Source: Bradymonadia bacterium (GTDB lineage: Bacteria; Myxococcota_A; Bradymonadia; UBA7976; UBA1532). From it: DNA of 64,000 nucleotides. The position numbers and the translations under genes were made by a program. Below the pieces are notes generated by a model that did no database searches, had not been told where the DNA came from, and saw only the letters and a list, made by a program, of their open reading frames with translations. Location of the stretch: NCBI GenBank assembly GCA_046290225.1, contig JBKAGE010000078.1, forward strand, positions 224,001-288,000. Direction: 5' to 3'. Shown one piece after another: positions 43,327 through 57,862 of the stretch (positions are counted from its first letter, which is position 1; each line of letters opens with the position of its first letter).

Positions 43327-43359
43327 GGAGTGCGTCCTCTAACCTGCTGGAAATGATGC

Positions 43360-43830
43360 TTACCAGCGGTAGTGGGCGAAGGCCTTGTTGGCCTCGGCCA
43401 TCTTGTGCGTGTCTTCGCGCTTCTTCACGGCGTTACCACGACCAGCGGCGGCGTCGAGGAGCTCACCAGCGAGCTTCTCGGCCATGGTCTTCTCGTGGCG
43501 AGACCGGGCGTAGTTGATGATCCACCGGATGCCGAGGGCGGTACGACGCTCGCCACGGATCTCGATCGGCACCTGGTAGGTGGAACCACCGACGCGGCGG
43601 CTCTTGACCTCGAGACTGGGCTTGACGTTGTCGATGGCCTTCTTGAAGAGACGCAGGGGCTCTTCCTTGGAGCGGCGCTCCACGATCTCGAAGGCGTCGT
43701 ACACGATGGCCTCGGCAATCGACTTCTTGCCGCGGGTCATCAGGCAGTTGGTGAACTTGGCAACGAGACGATCCCCGTACTTCGGATCGGGGAGGGTCTT
43801 GCGCTTGGGAACTTCTCTACGGCGAGGCAT
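43360..43830 (-). CDS. rpsG: 30S ribosomal protein S7
   Basis: [29 protein letters not shown]. Confidence 0.99.
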   Translation of the reverse strand: MPRRREVPKRKTLPDPKYGDRLVAKFTNCLMTRGKKSIAEAIVYDAFEIVERRSKEEPLRLFKKAIDNVKPSLEVKSRRVGGSTYQVPIEIRGERRTALGIRWIINYARSRHEKTMAEKLAGELLDAAAGRGNAVKKREDTHKMAEANKAFAHYRW

Positions 43831-43840
43831 CTGACCGCTC

Positions 43841-44215
43841 CTACTTCTTGGGGCGCTTGGCGCCGTACTTGGAACGGCCCTGGTTGCGGTTGGAGACGCC
43901 GGTGGCGTCCAAGGTGCCGCGGATGATGTGATAGCGGACACCGGGAAGGTCCTTCACACGACCGCCACGGATGAGCACCACGGAGTGCTCCTGGAGGTTG
44001 TGACCCTCGCCGGGAATGTAACTGGTGACCTCAATCCCATTGGAGAGACGAACACGGGCGACCTTACGAAGGGCCGAGTTCGGCTTCTTGGGGGTTGAGG
44101 TGTATACCCGGACGCACACACCACGCTTCTGCGGGCAGGCCTGCAGCGCGGGAGCGGTGTTCTTCTGGAACTTCCGCTTGCGGCCGTGACGAACCAACTG
44201 GCTGATAGTCGGCAT
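43841..44215 (-). CDS. rpsL: 30S ribosomal protein S12
   Basis: [21 protein letters not shown]. Confidence 0.99.
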   Translation of the reverse strand: MPTISQLVRHGRKRKFQKNTAPALQACPQKRGVCVRVYTSTPKKPNSALRKVARVRLSNGIEVTSYIPGEGHNLQEHSVVLIRGGRVKDLPGVRYHIIRGTLDATGVSNRNQGRSKYGAKRPKK

Positions 44216-44444
44216 GCGTACTCAATCCTCGATAGAACGTGCGCTTTGCATGTCGCAAAGCGCTTCCTAAAACTACGACAACGGATTGCCTACCAGGGGG
44301 GTGTGCAGACGCATGAACGCGCCTGACGCTCGATGGGGCGACCCAACGAATCACCCCCGGTGGTTCGGCTCCGCAGTCAGCGGCCCGCCTTCCGGGTAGT
44401 GATGCCGCCCTTCACGAATGCTACAGGCGGCGAACAGGTGGCGG

Positions 44445-44472
44445 ATTATAAGTGTGAATGCAGAGCAGTCAA
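44445..44472 (-). promoter_or_regulatory. sigma70 promoter of the str operon
   Basis: TTGACT-16-TATAAT followed by GC-rich CCGCC. Confidence 0.8.
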
Positions 44473-44515
44473 GGAGTTTCTCAATAACGCTGCATTCTCC
44501 GGAAATGTTTAGGTT

Positions 44516-48667
<4,152 letters not shown>

Positions 48668-48857
48668 GCGTGCTCCACTCACCCAGAGGTAAGGCACTCC
48701 CTCTGAGGGGCCTGGCCAGCCACCCCGCCGAGGGAGGTAAAGAAGAGTCTCGAACGCTCGGCCCCCTGCTCCCCTGAGCAAGGGCGGCGGCCGGGCAGGC
48801 CACATCACGTTCGAGTGAGCGCAACAGGTCACCCCATCGCGCTATGCCCATCTACGC

Positions 48858-48890
48858 AAAAAGGCCCGATCACGCAAGGTGACCGGACCT
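48858..48890 (-). terminator. rplL-rpoB attenuator/terminator
   Basis: Minus strand AGGTCCGGTCAC-cttgc-GTGATCGGGCCT followed by a U tract. Confidence 0.75.
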
Positions 48891-48937
48891 AAAGGTGTGC
48901 GAAGCCAGCCACAGGCCAGCTACGCAGGTCAAGTGAT

Positions 48938-49318
48938 TTACTTGACCTCGACCTGACCGCCGGCCTCTTCGATCTTGCCCTTGACGGTCTCGGCCTCTTC
49001 CTTGGACACGCCCTCCTTGAGAGCGTTGGGGGCGCCGTCCACCAGAGCCTTGGCGTCCTTGAGACCCAGGCCGGTGAGCTCGCGGACCACCTTGATGACG
49101 GCGATCTTCTTGGCGCCGGCGCTGGTGAGGATCACGTCGAACTCGGTCTTCTCTTCGACAGCAGCAGCGGCCTCGCCACCACCACCACCGGTCACGGCGA
49201 CGGCTGCGGCGGCGCTCACGCCCCACTTCTCCTCGAGCTCCTTGACGATCTCGGAGATCTCCATGACGGTGAGGTTGCTGAGGAAGTCGATGACCTGGTC
49301 TTTGTTGAGATCGCTCAT
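48938..49318 (-). CDS. rplL: 50S ribosomal protein L7/L12
   Basis: [26 protein letters not shown]. Confidence 0.99.
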   Translation of the reverse strand: MSDLNKDQVIDFLSNLTVMEISEIVKELEEKWGVSAAAAVAVTGGGGGEAAAAVEEKTEFDVILTSAGAKKIAVIKVVRELTGLGLKDAKALVDGAPNALKEGVSKEEAETVKGKIEEAGGQVEVK

Positions 49319-49418
49319 TGTGTTTCTCCTATGAAGTTGAGCTGTTCAATGTTGCTGGCTGAACCAGCGATATATGTGTACGAACGGGTAGTTCTGGGCG
49401 AATCGGTCAAGGTCTGCC

Positions 49419-49961
49419 TCAGGCAGCCTTGGCGTCTCCACCACCTTCTTCGAGCTGCTGCTTGCGGGCCTGCAGGACCTGCATGAAGTCCCGAGGTGCG
49501 GCGCTGAGCACGCGCACCATGGCCGTAGGCACGCCCAACATGACGTTGAGGAGCTTGCTCCTCAGCTCGTCCTTGCCCGGCATCTTGGACAGACCGTCGA
49601 CGCCATTCTCGTCGAGGATCGTCCCCTCCACCCAGCCACCCTTGATCACGAGCTTCTTGTGATCCTTGGCGAACTTGAGGAGCAGCTTGGCAGCGGTGCC
49701 GGGCTCCTCGGGGTGGTAGGCGATGGCCGAGTTGCCCTTGAACAGGTCGTTGAGCCCCTCCATGGAGGTGCCGGCGATCGCGCGCTTGGCCAGGGTGTTC
49801 TTGACGACCTCGAACGTGCAGCCGGCGGCGTCCAATGTACGCCGCAGCTCGTCGCTCTCAGCCACCTTGAGACCCTGGAAATCGGCGACCACCACCGAAG
49901 GCACGCCGTCGAGGTCGTCCTTCAGCCGCTCAACGAGCGCGGTCTTGGTTTCCCGGTTCAT
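49419..49961 (-). CDS. rplJ: 50S ribosomal protein L10
   Basis: V.KNTLAKRA, LSKMPGKDEL. Confidence 0.97.
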   Translation of the reverse strand: MNRETKTALVERLKDDLDGVPSVVVADFQGLKVAESDELRRTLDAAGCTFEVVKNTLAKRAIAGTSMEGLNDLFKGNSAIAYHPEEPGTAAKLLLKFAKDHKKLVIKGGWVEGTILDENGVDGLSKMPGKDELRSKLLNVMLGVPTAMVRVLSAAPRDFMQVLQARKQQLEEGGGDAKAA

Positions 49962-49979
49962 GGTCACTTCCCCTTGTTG

Positions 49980-50092
49980 GGGCGGGGAGATGCTTCATAT
50001 GAAACAGCTCAACCCCGCCTCGGCGGGCGATCTCGGCTGGAAGGCCGAGGGATTAAGCGCTCCCCCATGGAGCGCACCCGCTGTCTATGGCG
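49980..50092 (-). ncRNA. L10 leader (rplJ autoregulatory RNA)
   Basis: Minus strand TAGACAGCGGGTGC...CTTAAT...CCCGCCGAGG resembles the L10-leader core; lies directly 5' of rplJ. Confidence 0.7.
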
Positions 50093-50164
50093 AGCGGCGC
50101 CAAAAAACGGCGCCCCTCATAAAAAACTCGGTCGAACGAGTCAAGAGCCTCGTGGCTCTCGAAC

Positions 50165-50863
50165 TCAGTTCTTGAACGCGTTCGGATCCAGCCGGAGCCC
50201 GGGGCCCATGGTGCTGGTGAGGGTCACGTTCTTCATGTAGACACCCTTGGCGCTGGCGGGCTTGAGCCGGAGCAGGGCCTCCATGAGGGTGTTCAGGTTG
50301 CCCCGGAGGGCCTCGGCGGTGAACGAGATCTTGCCCACGGGGGCGTGCACGATGCCGGCACGCTCGACGCGGAACTCGACCCGACCGGCCTTCATCTCAC
50401 CCACGGCCTTGGCCACGTCGAAGGTCACGGTGCCCACCTTGGGGTTGGGCATCAGACCACGGGGGCCGAGGATGCGACCGATGCGGCCCACGAGGCCCAT
50501 CATGTCGGGGGTGGCGACGGCCTTGTCGAAGTCGAGCCAGCCTTCGTCTTTGATCTTGGCGACGAGATCTTCGCCACCGACGAAGTCGGCACCGGCCTCG
50601 CGGGCCTCGTTGGCCTTCTCGCCCTTGGCGAAGACGGCGACGCGCACGCTCTTGCCCAGACCGTTGGGGTACACCACGGCGCCACGGACCATCTGGTCGG
50701 CGTGACGGGGGTTCACCCCGAGGTTGACGGCCACCTCGACGGTCTCGTCGAACTTCGCGAAGGCGCCGCCCTTGAGCAGCTCGATGGCGTCAGTGGGATC
50801 GTAGAGCAGGCCGCGATCGACCCGCTTCATCATGTTCTCGTAATTCTTGCCACGCGTCGGCAT
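50165..50863 (-). CDS. rplA: 50S ribosomal protein L1
   Basis: [25 protein letters not shown]. Confidence 0.99.
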   Translation of the reverse strand: MPTRGKNYENMMKRVDRGLLYDPTDAIELLKGGAFAKFDETVEVAVNLGVNPRHADQMVRGAVVYPNGLGKSVRVAVFAKGEKANEAREAGADFVGGEDLVAKIKDEGWLDFDKAVATPDMMGLVGRIGRILGPRGLMPNPKVGTVTFDVAKAVGEMKAGRVEFRVERAGIVHAPVGKISFTAEALRGNLNTLMEALLRLKPASAKGVYMKNVTLTSTMGPGLRLDPNAFKN

Positions 50864-50885
50864 GAGATGCCCTCCTTGTGCGTGT

Positions 50886-50924
50886 CCCCGGTGCATGCGA
50901 CCACCTCGAGGGTGATCTCCCGGG
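50886..50924 (-). ncRNA. Putative L1-binding autoregulatory element 5' of rplA
   Basis: cccGGGA-gatcacc(ctcga)ggtggtc-gcatgc-ACCgggg resembles the L1 operator layout. Confidence 0.5.
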
Positions 50925-51010
50925 CCTTGGTGCTCCTCAAAATAGGCGGAGCACGGTGTTTAAATAATGCTCAGCGTGTACCTGATGTCTGGTGCCCGAA
51001 GGCCCGAGAC

Positions 51011-51439
51011 TCAGGCCTCGACGACGTTGAGGCCCATAGAGCGGGCGGTGCCAGCGATGGTGCGCATGGCAGCTTCGACGTTGTCGGTGTTGAGATCAGG
51101 GAGCTTCAAGGTGGCGATCTCCTTGACCTGCTCCGTGGTCACGCTGCCGACCTTGGTCTTGTTCGGCTCAGCAGACCCGCTCTCGATGCCGGCGGCCTTG
51201 AGCAGCAGCACGGCAGCGGGGGGGGTCTTGGTGATGAAGGAGAAGGACCGGTCAGCGTAGACGGTGATCACCACGGGGATGATCATGCCCACCTGATCGC
51301 TGGTCCGGGAGTTGAACTCCTTCACGAACTGCATGATGTTCACACCATGCTGACCGAGGGCGGGACCCACGGGCGGGGAAGGGTTGGCCTTCCCAGCGGG
51401 GACCTGCAGCTTGATGAGGCCGGTAATCTTCTTGGCCAT
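51011..51439 (-). CDS. rplK: 50S ribosomal protein L11
   Basis: [24 protein letters not shown]. Confidence 0.99.
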   Translation of the reverse strand: MAKKITGLIKLQVPAGKANPSPPVGPALGQHGVNIMQFVKEFNSRTSDQVGMIIPVVITVYADRSFSFITKTPPAAVLLLKAAGIESGSAEPNKTKVGSVTTEQVKEIATLKLPDLNTDNVEAAMRTIAGTARSMGLNVVEA

Positions 51440-51492
51440 AGCGAAGGCTCCTTATAAAACAGCGGCCCTCTCTCGACGGCCGCGCATGCGCC

Positions 51493-52032
51493 TTATGACT
51501 TCTCGACCTGGGTGAAGTCCAGCTCCACCGGGGTGGCGCGTCCGAAAATACTCACCAACACCCGCAGCTTGCCCTTGTCGAGGTTCACCTCGTCGACGGT
51601 GCCGTTGAAGTTGGCGAAGGGGCCGTCGGTGACCCGTACGGTCTCGCCCTCTTCGAAGCGCAGCTTCGGCGCCGGACGGGCGGTGCCCTCTTCGATCTGG
51701 TTGGTCAGCCGGGCGATCTCGCGCTCGGGCACGCTGGGCACGGACTCGGGGGTGGCCCCGCCGCCGACGAAGCCGGTGACCCGCGGGGTGTCCTTCACGA
51801 TGTGCCAGGTGCGCTTGTTGAGATCCATCTTCACCAGGATGTACCCGGGGAAGAACTTACGGGCAGAGGTCTTCCGCTCGCCCTTCACGACCTCGGTGAC
51901 GTTCTCGCGAGGCACCAAAACCTCGGTGAACTCTTCCTCGGCGTTGTGCTGCTTGATGCGCTCCCACAGGGCGGTCTCGACCTTGTTCTCAAAGCCAGAG
52001 TAGGTGTGGACCACATACCATTTGTGTGACAT
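51493..52032 (-). CDS. nusG: Transcription factor NusG
   Basis: [26 protein letters not shown]. Confidence 0.99.
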   Translation of the reverse strand: MSHKWYVVHTYSGFENKVETALWERIKQHNAEEEFTEVLVPRENVTEVVKGERKTSARKFFPGYILVKMDLNKRTWHIVKDTPRVTGFVGGGATPESVPSVPEREIARLTNQIEEGTARPAPKLRFEEGETVRVTDGPFANFNGTVDEVNLDKGKLRVLVSIFGRATPVELDFTQVEKS

Positions 52033-52133
52033 CTCTCTACTCTCCGTACGCGCTGGGGCGAATCACCAATTGAAGGTTCAATGTGTAAGAAGCAGGCTTG
52101 GGGGACACGGATCGCCGAAGTGGATGGCGATGC

Positions 52134-52526
52134 TCAGGTCCCTCCCCCACCGAGAATCCAGTTGGTGAGCTTGAAGAAGACAGTGTCAAAGATCCACAGG
52201 ATGGCCGAGATGATGACCGTCACGAGGATGGTCATCCAGGTGTTGGACTTGGTCTCTTCCCATGTGGGCCAGGTGACCTTGGACAGCTCGTCGACCACCT
52301 CGCCCAGCTGAGGCCGGTAGCGGGGGTGCCGCCAGGCCCAGAAGAGCAACGCCAAAGCGGTGATGGCACCGAGCAGGTGAGCGACGGTGAACGACTGGCC
52401 CAGGAGGTGGCGAGGCTGGATGCCGAAGCTGGCGAAGCCAGAGGCGAACGCCTTCCAGAAGATGACGTAGGCGAGGATCGTGCCCACCGCATACGTCAGG
52501 TTGACCATTCGCTTGTTGGTGTTCAT
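52134..52526 (-). CDS. secE: Preprotein translocase SecE (3-TM form)
   Basis: ELSKVTWPTWEET; located 5' of nusG. Confidence 0.95.
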   Translation of the reverse strand: MNTNKRMVNLTYAVGTILAYVIFWKAFASGFASFGIQPRHLLGQSFTVAHLLGAITALALLFWAWRHPRYRPQLGEVVDELSKVTWPTWEETKSNTWMTILVTVIISAILWIFDTVFFKLTNWILGGGGT

Positions 52527-52670
52527 GCCACTTCGCCTGGCCTTGACTCCCCCGACCCCGCGTGCTCAGGCCCGCGGAGTCAAGAGCCCTTCACCACCCC
52601 AAGGCCTGTTGTAGGGTCTTGGTGAAGGGGTTGAGGTGCCCCAAAAGTGGCACCATTTTTCCTGCATAAG

Positions 52671-52743
52671 CAGGGCCGACAGGACTCGAACCTGCAACCC
52701 TCGGATTTGGAGTCCGATGCTCTACCAATTGAGCCACAGCCCT
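52671..52743 (-). tRNA. tRNA-Trp(CCA)
   Basis: AGGGCTG...TCGGA-CTCCAAA-TCCGA...GGTTCGAGTCC...CGGCCCTG; CCA end not encoded. Confidence 0.95.
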
Positions 52744-52832
52744 ACACGTGAGCAAGCGATTGCCCAAACGTGCGAGACCCGGGCAACTGCCCGGGCCTCA
52801 AAAGTCGATGACCACTTGGGTCACGACCTTGA

Positions 52833-54017
52833 TTACTCGACGATCTTGGACACCACACCGGCACCCACGGTACGGCCACCCTCGCGGATGGCGAACCGGA
52901 GACCCTCATCCATGGCGATGGGGGTGATCAGGGTGACGTTGATGGTGATGTTATCACCGGGCATGCACATCTCGACGCCCTCGGGCAGCTTGCAGCTACC
53001 GGTCACATCGGTGGTGCGGAAGTAGAACTGAGGACGGTAGCCGTTGAAGAACGGAGTGTGACGACCACCCTCCTCCTTCTTGAGCACGTAGACCTCAGCC
53101 TCGAACACCGTGTGAGGGGTGATGCTGCCGGGCTTGGCGAGCACCTGACCACGCTCGATGTCGGTACGCTTGATACCGCGAAGGAGGAGACCGACGTTGT
53201 CGCCAGCCTGACCCTCGTCGAGGAGCTTACGGAACATCTCGACACCGGTGACGGTGGTCTTGTGGGTGTCGCGGATGCCGACGATCTCGACCTCTTCGGA
53301 CACCTTGATGATCCCGCGCTCCACGCGGCCGGTGGCCACGGTGCCGCGACCGGCGATGGAGAACACGTCCTCGACGGGCATGAGGAAGTCACGGTCGATG
53401 TCGCGCACGGGCTCGGGCACGAAGGTGTCGACAGCTTCCATCAGCTCGAAGATCTTGGCCACGCCGTCGGCGTCACCCTCGAGAGCCTTCAGAGCGGAGC
53501 CGATGATGACCGGGCAGTCATCGCCGGGGAACTCGTACATGCTCAGGAGCTCGCGCACCTCCATCTCCACCAGCTCGAGGAGCTCCTCATCGTCGACTAG
53601 GTCGGCCTTGTTGAGGAACACCACGATGGCGGGCACGCCAACCTGGCGAGCGAGGAGGATGTGCTCGCGGGTCTGAGGCATGGGGCCGTCAGCAGCGGAG
53701 CACACGAGAATGGCGCCGTCCATCTGGGCAGCACCGGTGATCATGTTCTTGATGTAGTCCGCGTGCCCGGGGCAGTCCACGTGAGCGTAGTGGCGGTTGT
53801 CCGTCTCGTACTCAACGTGAGCAGTGGAGATGGTGATGCCGCGCTCCCGCTCCTCGGGGGCGTTGTCGATCTCGTCGAACGCCTTGACCTCGCCACCGTG
53901 CTTCTCGGAGAGAACCTTGGTGATGGCGGCGGTAAGAGTGGTCTTACCGTGGTCGACGTGACCGATGGTCCCCACGTTGACGTGGGGCTTATTGCGAACA
54001 AACTTCTCCTTGGCCAT
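52833..54017 (-). CDS. tuf: Elongation factor Tu
   Basis: [27 protein letters not shown]. Confidence 0.99.
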   Translation of the reverse strand: MAKEKFVRNKPHVNVGTIGHVDHGKTTLTAAITKVLSEKHGGEVKAFDEIDNAPEERERGITISTAHVEYETDNRHYAHVDCPGHADYIKNMITGAAQMDGAILVCSAADGPMPQTREHILLARQVGVPAIVVFLNKADLVDDEELLELVEMEVRELLSMYEFPGDDCPVIIGSALKALEGDADGVAKIFELMEAVDTFVPEPVRDIDRDFLMPVEDVFSIAGRGTVATGRVERGIIKVSEEVEIVGIRDTHKTTVTGVEMFRKLLDEGQAGDNVGLLLRGIKRTDIERGQVLAKPGSITPHTVFEAEVYVLKKEEGGRHTPFFNGYRPQFYFRTTDVTGSCKLPEGVEMCMPGDNITINVTLITPIAMDEGLRFAIREGGRTVGAGVVSKIVE

Positions 54018-54060
54018 CTGAAACCTGCTCCCTAGCCTGGAGTGACCAACGAGAGGGCGG

Positions 54061-54088
54061 ATTATGCCGCACCCCGCGAAGTTGCCAA
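54061..54088 (-). promoter_or_regulatory. Possible internal tuf promoter
   Basis: TTGGCA-16-CATAAT followed by CCGCC. Confidence 0.5.
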
Positions 54089-54108
54089 CGTGGAAAGAAT
54101 CGTAAAAA

Positions 54109-54181
54109 AGCCGATGACCGGACTTGAACCGGTGACCTCACCCTTACCAAGGGTGTGCTCTACCAACTGAGCTACATCGGC
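54109..54181 (-). tRNA. tRNA-Thr(GGT)
   Basis: GCCGATG...ACCCT-TGGTA-AGGGT...GGTTCAAGTCC...CATCGGCT. Confidence 0.95.
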
Positions 54182-54223
54182 AAAACGATCTCCGACCGAA
54201 ACCAGAGATCGAAACGCTCAAAA

Positions 54224-54299
54224 TGGAGCGGGAGACGGGGTTCGAACCCGCGACATTCAGCTTGGAAGGCTGACGCTCTGCCAGCTGAGCTACTCCCGC
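54224..54299 (-). tRNA. tRNA-Gly(TCC)
   Basis: GCGGGAG...TCAGC-CTTCCAA-GCTGA...CTCCCGCTCCA. Confidence 0.96.
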
Positions 54300-54334
54300 A
54301 GACGATCTACGCGAGATCGCCGTATGAGACCTAG

Positions 54335-54417
<83 letters not shown>

Positions 54418-54461
54418 GAGTTATCTCTCTCTTCCGCTAAACACCTCAATCCAAGGTGATA

Positions 54462-54534
54462 AGCTGGCGAAGGGACTTGAACCCGCAACCGGCTGATTAC
54501 AAATCAGCTGCTCTACCGATTGAGCTACGCCAGC
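54462..54534 (-). tRNA. tRNA-Thr(TGT)
   Basis: GCTGGCG...CTGAT-TTGTA-ATCAG...CGCCAGCT. Confidence 0.95.
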
Positions 54535-54549
54535 TCAAAACGGGGGCGG

Positions 54550-54578
54550 ACTCTAACAGCCACCCCTATCCAGATCAA
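54550..54578 (-). promoter_or_regulatory. Proximal sigma70 promoter of the tRNA-tuf operon
   Basis: TTGATC-17-TAGAGT followed by CCGCCCCC. Confidence 0.65.
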
Positions 54579-54632
54579 GCCCTTTCGGACCCAGTTGATC
54601 GCTGTGCGACCAATCCCTGTCAGGGTGGGCGG

Positions 54633-54661
54633 TTTATACGGGAGGCCTCTGCAGGGGTCAA
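54633..54661 (-). promoter_or_regulatory. Distal sigma70 promoter of the tRNA-tuf operon
   Basis: TTGACC-17-TATAAA followed by CCGCCC; A-rich UP-like tract upstream. Confidence 0.65.
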
Positions 54662-54718
54662 GGAGTTTGTTCTTTTTGTTACCCCTCTCAAAAACACTCG
54701 GGATTACAGCAGGTTGCC

Positions 54719-55450
54719 CTACCCCTTTTTGCGGTGCTCTGCGGCGGTATGCAGCAAGATCCCTGCGGCGACCGAGACGTTCAACGACGCCGTCGCTCCA
54801 GAAAGGGGGATCATGACCCGCTGATCGCATCTTTCACGGGTGAGTCGACGCAGCCCCTGCCCCTCAGCGCCCATGATGAGCATGGTGGGACGAGACCAGT
54901 CGATCGCCTCTGGATGCACGCCATCCATGTCGGCACCGATGCACTGCAGCCCCGCCTTTTGAGCCACCTTGATGCTCTGGGCGAGGTTTGTCTCCATGGC
55001 CACCGGCAAGATCTCGCTGGCGCCCGCAGACGTGCGGGCCACCGTGGGGCCCAGATGGGCGCTGCGGTGTTTGGGAAGCAACGCCCCTGTGGCCCCGAAG
55101 GCCTCGGCAGATCGCAGGATCGCGCCGAGGTTTCGAGGATCGGTGACCTGGTCCAGGGCCACGATGAGCGGACTGTCGGTGAAGATCAGCTGATCGAGCT
55201 CGGTGTACCCTGCGGGGGTGATGAAGCCCACGATGCCCTGGTGACGGACCTCGCTGACCTCGTCCAGTTGCTTGCGTGGTACCCGCTCCAGCTTGATGCC
55301 CAGCGTCATGGCCTGGTCGAGCAGACGCTCGCGCGCCGGGCTGGAGTCGGGGACGTGCTGGATCTTCTTCAGTCGGTGGGGTGCCCGGTTGAGCATGGCT
55401 TCCACCGGACGGATGCCTGGGAGAGGCACGAGGCCTTGACGACTGCTCAT
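54719..55450 (-). CDS. rlmB: 23S rRNA Gm2251 methyltransferase
   Basis: HQGIV, DQVTDPRNLGAILRSA, GAEGQGLR, SLNVSVA. Confidence 0.92.
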   Translation of the reverse strand: MSSRQGLVPLPGIRPVEAMLNRAPHRLKKIQHVPDSSPARERLLDQAMTLGIKLERVPRKQLDEVSEVRHQGIVGFITPAGYTELDQLIFTDSPLIVALDQVTDPRNLGAILRSAEAFGATGALLPKHRSAHLGPTVARTSAGASEILPVAMETNLAQSIKVAQKAGLQCIGADMDGVHPEAIDWSRPTMLIMGAEGQGLRRLTRERCDQRVMIPLSGATASLNVSVAAGILLHTAAEHRKKG

Positions 55451-56130
55451 GAGATGCTCAGTGACTGCAAGTGGGTCAACACACTTTGGAGATCGTCAGC
55501 GGCGGTGACGGCTCGCCCGATGACCAGCACATCTGCCCCTGCTTCGAGGGCTGCGGCAGGCGTCGCGACACGCTTCTGATCGTGCTGACCCGCGGTGATG
55601 CGAATCCCAGGGGTGACGAGCTTGAGCTGTCCGCCGGTGGCGGCTTTCAGGGTCGACGCCTCCTGAGCGCTGCACACGAGGCCGCCCAGTCCACTCTCAC
55701 GGGCGAGCAATGCCCGCTCTGTCGCCACAGCAGCGGGCTCGGGCCGTATCCCCACGGCCTGCATGGTGGGGCCGTCCAGGCTGGTGAGCACGGTGACGCC
55801 GAGGAGCACCATGTCGCCGGCTTGCTCAGTGGCAGCCTGCATCATCGGCCCCCCTCCCCCAGTGTGAATGGTGAGGTAGTTCACCCCGAGCCCGCTCACG
55901 CTCGCCACCGCCTTGGCGACGGTGTTGGGGATGTCGTGCAATTTGAGGTCGAGGAAAATCGCCGGCGCCCCGGCTCTGCGCACCGCCTCGATGATGGAGG
56001 GGCCCTCTGCACAGAACAGCTGCAAGCCGATCTTGTAGAGCCCGAAGACGTGGTGCGTACGCTCTACCCAGCTGATGGCCTCAGCGGGGGTGGGCACGTC
56101 GAGAGCGAGGCACAGCCGGGGATCGCTCAT
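55447..56130 (-). CDS. pyrF: Orotidine-5'-phosphate decarboxylase
   Basis: ALDV, KIG, FLDLKLHDIPNTV, VTPGIR, VIGR. Confidence 0.97.
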   Translation of the reverse strand: MSDPRLCLALDVPTPAEAISWVERTHHVFGLYKIGLQLFCAEGPSIIEAVRRAGAPAIFLDLKLHDIPNTVAKAVASVSGLGVNYLTIHTGGGGPMMQAATEQAGDMVLLGVTVLTSLDGPTMQAVGIRPEPAAVATERALLARESGLGGLVCSAQEASTLKAATGGQLKLVTPGIRITAGQHDQKRVATPAAALEAGADVLVIGRAVTAADDLQSVLTHLQSLSIS

Positions 56131-57839
56131 CCGAGCATCTCCCGTACCCGGGCGACGAGGGTGTCAGCAGGCTCGAAGGGCACCTTCTCGATGTCGCTGC
56201 CCGTACGGGACTTCAGCTCCACTACGCCCTCTTTGACCCCACGGCCACCGATGGCGATGCGCACGGGGACCCCGATGAGATCGGCGTCTTTGAACTTGGA
56301 GCCTGCCCGCTCGTTGCGGTCGTCCAGCAACACCTCGACCCCGGCAGTCTGGAGGGCCTCGTAGACCTTCTCTGCAGTCTGCACGACGTCTTCTTTGTTC
56401 ATTTGCAACGGCAGCACGATGGCCTGATAAGGCGCGATGGCCGCAGGCCACGTGATTCCGTGCTCATCATGGTTCTGTTCGATGGCTGCGGCCATGACCC
56501 GGGTGACCCCGATGCCGTAGCAGCCCATCACCATGGGGTTCTCCTTGCCGTCCTCGTCGAGGTAGGTGCACTTCATGGGCTCGCTGTAGCGCGTGCCCAG
56601 GAAGAACACGTGGCCCACCTCGATGCCCTTGTAGCTCTTCAGCGGCGAGCCACAGCGGGGGCACGGATCGTTGTCGACGGCCATCCGCACGTCGGCGTAC
56701 TGGCTGGGCTCGAAATCCCGACCTGCGGCCACGTGTACCATGTGATGGTCTGCGACGTTGGCGCCGGCGACGCCGTCTTGCACAAGGGCGACCGCGTGAT
56801 CGGCGATGATCGACTTCACGCCGGTGAGTCCCACAGGGCCGAGGTAGCCCACGGGCACCCCGGTGGCCGACTTGACGCGGGCCTCGTCGGCCATACGCAG
56901 CTCGGTGGCGCCCAGGAGCTTCTTCACCTTGATCTCGTTGAGCTCGTGATCACCGCGCACGAGGATGGCGTGCAGCTCGCCGTCCGCCTCCACCATGAGC
57001 GTCTTGATGAAGGTGTTCGCAGGGGCCTCGAGGAAGGCAGAGACCGCCTCGATGGTCTTCTGACCGGGGGTCGAGACCTGCTCTATGGCAGCACCAGGGG
57101 CAGCGGGCGCCTCTTCAGAGGCGTTCAACTCGGCCTGCTCGGTGTTGGCGGCGTAACCACAGTGGCTGCAGCTGACGATGCGATCTTCACCGCTGTCTGC
57201 GAGGACCTGGAACTCGTGGCTGCGCTTACCGCCGATGGCGCCGGTGTCGGCCTCCACAGCGCGGAACTCCAACCCACAGCGGGTGAAGATGCGCTCGTAG
57301 GCAGCATACATGGCGTCATAGCTGGCGTTGGCGGCGTCGTCGTCCACGTCGAAGGAGTAGGCATCCTTCATGATGAACTCACGGCCACGCATCAGGCCTG
57401 CACGGGGACGGATCTCGTCTCGGAACTTGATCTGGATCTGGTAGAGGTTCAACGGGAGCGCACGCCAGGAGCGCACGTCGCGGCGGACCACGTCGACGAT
57501 GACCTCTTCATGGGTGGGGCCCAAGCAGAAGTGCCCCGCCTTACGGTCGGTCATCCGCATCAGCTCGGGGCCATAAGCACCCCAGCGGTTGGACTCTTCC
57601 CAGAGCTCTGCGGGCTGCACGACAGGGAGCAGCACCTCCTGAGCGCCGGCGCGATCCAGCTCCTCGCGGATGATCTCTTCGATCTTGCGCAGGGTCCGTC
57701 GGGCGAGGGGCAGATAGTCGTAAATGCCTGCTGCGAGCTTGCGGATGAAGCCCCCGCGGAGCAGAAGCTTGTGGCTCACCACCTCGGCGTCCTTGGGGAC
57801 CTCGCGCAAGGTGGGCATATGCAGTCGGGACAATCGCAT
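56127..57839 (-). CDS. proS: Proline--tRNA ligase (with INS editing domain)
   Basis: LGPTHEE, FRDEIRPR.GLMRGREF.MKDAYSF, MGCYGIG. Confidence 0.98.
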   Translation of the reverse strand: MRLSRLHMPTLREVPKDAEVVSHKLLLRGGFIRKLAAGIYDYLPLARRTLRKIEEIIREELDRAGAQEVLLPVVQPAELWEESNRWGAYGPELMRMTDRKAGHFCLGPTHEEVIVDVVRRDVRSWRALPLNLYQIQIKFRDEIRPRAGLMRGREFIMKDAYSFDVDDDAANASYDAMYAAYERIFTRCGLEFRAVEADTGAIGGKRSHEFQVLADSGEDRIVSCSHCGYAANTEQAELNASEEAPAAPGAAIEQVSTPGQKTIEAVSAFLEAPANTFIKTLMVEADGELHAILVRGDHELNEIKVKKLLGATELRMADEARVKSATGVPVGYLGPVGLTGVKSIIADHAVALVQDGVAGANVADHHMVHVAAGRDFEPSQYADVRMAVDNDPCPRCGSPLKSYKGIEVGHVFFLGTRYSEPMKCTYLDEDGKENPMVMGCYGIGVTRVMAAAIEQNHDEHGITWPAAIAPYQAIVLPLQMNKEDVVQTAEKVYEALQTAGVEVLLDDRNERAGSKFKDADLIGVPVRIAIGGRGVKEGVVELKSRTGSDIEKVPFEPADTLVARVREMLG

Positions 57840-57862
57840 GGGGCGCGTCCTGTTGTGTATCT

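Noticed and set aside
48668..48832. N-terminal extensions in the ORF track for rpoB (also rplV, rpsG, rpmD, rpmJ, rplA, pckA and the cytochrome)
   Set aside because: Artefacts of longest-ORF calling; downstream starts match the family N-termini and have SD sequences or stop/start overlaps.
54462..54534. T-stem mismatch suggesting a pseudo-tRNA-Thr
   Set aside because: Single mismatch, all other arms intact, and canonical position in the Thr-Tyr-Gly-Thr-tuf operon.
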